A DNA stretch of 64,000 bases from Candidatus Woesearchaeota archaeon (GTDB lineage: Archaea > Nanobdellota > Nanobdellia > Pacearchaeales > GW2011-AR1). The stretch covers positions 15,288-79,287 of the forward strand of contig CAZUKQ010000001.1 of NCBI GenBank assembly GCA_964621025.1, written 5' to 3'. The first letter of the stretch is position 1; each line of letters starts with the position of its first letter. The notes beneath the pieces are model-generated. The model had not been told where the DNA came from. It saw only the letters and a program-made list of their open reading frames with translations, and did no database searches. Shown in pieces: positions 62,877 through 64,000 of the stretch. The position numbers were made by a program, and so were the translations under genes.

Positions 62877-63554
62877 TTAAATCTTCTCTCTAGAATTATT
62901 GATGCAAAGGGAAACTTTCATGTAATCATCACTTGGAACTAAATAAGCTATTTTTCTAATTTTATTTGGTAAAATATCTGCTTCCAAGATTATTGCAGTC
63001 AGATGTCTAAGAATTTGTTGATCATAGTTTGACTGGATTTTTTGTTTGTCTTCTTTTTCTAAATTTCGCGAAGCTACTTCAAAACACCATTTTTCTAGTT
63101 GGCTTCTATCAAATGTTACTCCGGTTTCCTCCAATTTAAAGTAGGCAATTTCTATTTGTGGATTTCCATAGGAACCTATATTTCTTTTATTATTCTTAGC
63201 TATCTCTTTCTTAGAGAATTGGTATTCTTTGGAAGGATCGAACTGGGTAGCATGATCTTGGTCAACAAAAAAAGGGATTACGCTTCTGTCAGGAAAACAT
63301 ACTTTCTTTTTCCCAGAAAAATTATGATATTTTATCATTGCCCGCTCGATAATGTTCTCTAAATGAGTCTCCATAATAAAGGGGATGTGTGGAGAAAGAT
63401 ATCCGGAGGGGCTGTAACCTTCATACTCTAGAGTTTGACAAGCATATTCAAATAAAAAAGATAGCGCCTCCTTTTCGTCAACATAAATGTTCGTAGGATC
63501 CGAGTCATTTAGTGCTCGTATGTAATCTCTAACGGTGTCCATTTCTTGGCCCAT
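62877..63554 (-). CDS. hypothetical protein (225 aa)
   Basis: ORF track. Convergent with the RiPP-like operon. Confidence 0.5.
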   Translation of the reverse strand: MGQEMDTVRDYIRALNDSDPTNIYVDEKEALSFLFEYACQTLEYEGYSPSGYLSPHIPFIMETHLENIIERAMIKYHNFSGKKKVCFPDRSVIPFFVDQDHATQFDPSKEYQFSKKEIAKNNKRNIGSYGNPQIEIAYFKLEETGVTFDRSQLEKWCFEVASRNLEKEDKQKIQSNYDQQILRHLTAIILEADILPNKIRKIAYLVPSDDYMKVSLCINNSREKI

Positions 63555-63658
63555 CTATTTCTATGTTCTCCCAATTATTTAAGTGTTTCTAGCTGAAATA
63601 TTGGTTTTTCATCACAACTAATCTTAAAAAGTGAGTTCCTAATAACTTGATAGAAAAG

Positions 63659-64000
63659 ATGGCAGAGGATGACATAACGATTAATGAAGTATTCTTTAAC
63701 GATAGTGTTAGTTTTGAAAATGAAAATTTTAGTTTTGAATCCCCTGAAATCTTGAGCTTGAAGAAGGAAGTTGAAGAAAACGACAATGATGAAAAAATTG
63801 AAGAACTTGTTTCTTATAATCTTATTAAAAAAAATCTGAGTTATGATTTGCCACACCAGAGAGAAGGTGCTCTGAAGATTATTAGGGACATGAATACTCA
63901 TGCTTTACTTTGTGACGAAGTTGGTTTGGGTAAAACTATTACAACAGGAATTATCCTGAAAGAAAGTATTGTTCGTGGTTTTACGAAAAAAGTTTTAATT
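63659..64000 (+). CDS. SNF2-family helicase, N-terminal fragment (runs off the window)
   Basis: Hand translation from ATG 63659 gives MAEDDITINE...LPHQREGALKIIRDMNTHALLCDEVGLGKTITTGIIL. This contains the SNF2 Q-motif region and motif I (DEVGLGKT). No stop before 64000. Confidence 0.8.
   Translation, partial: MAEDDITINEVFFNDSVSFENENFSFESPEILSLKKEVEENDNDEKIEELVSYNLIKKNLSYDLPHQREGALKIIRDMNTHALLCDEVGLGKTITTGIILKESIVRGFTKKVLI

Noticed and set aside
63575-63901. 108-aa and 65-aa minus-strand ORFs at 63575-63901
   Set aside because: They overlap the start of the SNF2 helicase gene on the opposite strand, which has clear Q-motif and motif I sequence. Their products are low-complexity F/I/N-rich.
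1-64000. Search for rRNA, tRNA, CRISPR arrays, IS elements or transposases, integrases and prophage genes
   Set aside because: By eye, no spacer of suitable length contains a GC-rich cloverleaf-like sequence, there are no regularly spaced direct repeats, and no ORF has transposase or integrase motifs. Only covariance-model or repeat-finder runs would prove absence.

Overview
Gene-dense, AT-rich (about one-third G+C by eye) archaeal chromosome segment. The archaeal core genes are clear: TBP, MCM, ATP-dependent DNA ligase, aRF1, Cbf5, exosome rrp4-rrp41-rrp42, RpoK, Met/Trp/Val-tRNA synthetases and GatB. They sit among bacterial-looking genes (Lgt, pyruvoyl PanD, an RRM protein, lipobox lipoproteins) and many small orphan membrane or secreted proteins. 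This mix suggests a DPANN-type archaeon (inference only). I saw no rRNA, tRNA, CRISPR array, transposase or integrase. Main findings: (1) At 60.5-62.8 kb there is a RiPP-like cluster. It has three tandem precursor genes with a conserved leader and hypervariable Cys/Asp-rich cores (one is below the ORF-track cut-off), followed by a radical SAM/SPASM enzyme and a small membrane protein. A fused double Lrp/AsnC regulator is transcribed divergently from it. (2) At 46.5-48.1 kb there are three tandem phosphatase paralogs whose P-loop (C-x-x-N-x-N-R-S) looks like Ssu72 rather than canonical LMW-PTP. (3) At 48.9-52.5 kb there is a membrane/lipid-modification operon: a possibly Tes-like radical SAM, an ICMT-like methyltransferase flanked by two paralogous mini membrane proteins, a DUF4395-like protein and a bacterial-type Lgt. 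(4) A conserved 32-nt 5' element precedes four unrelated genes. (5) Promoter geometry is very regular, with a TATA 8-mer starting exactly 28 nt before the ATG, which implies leaderless first genes and SD-led internal genes. All functional calls come from motif recognition by eye. No database search was run.
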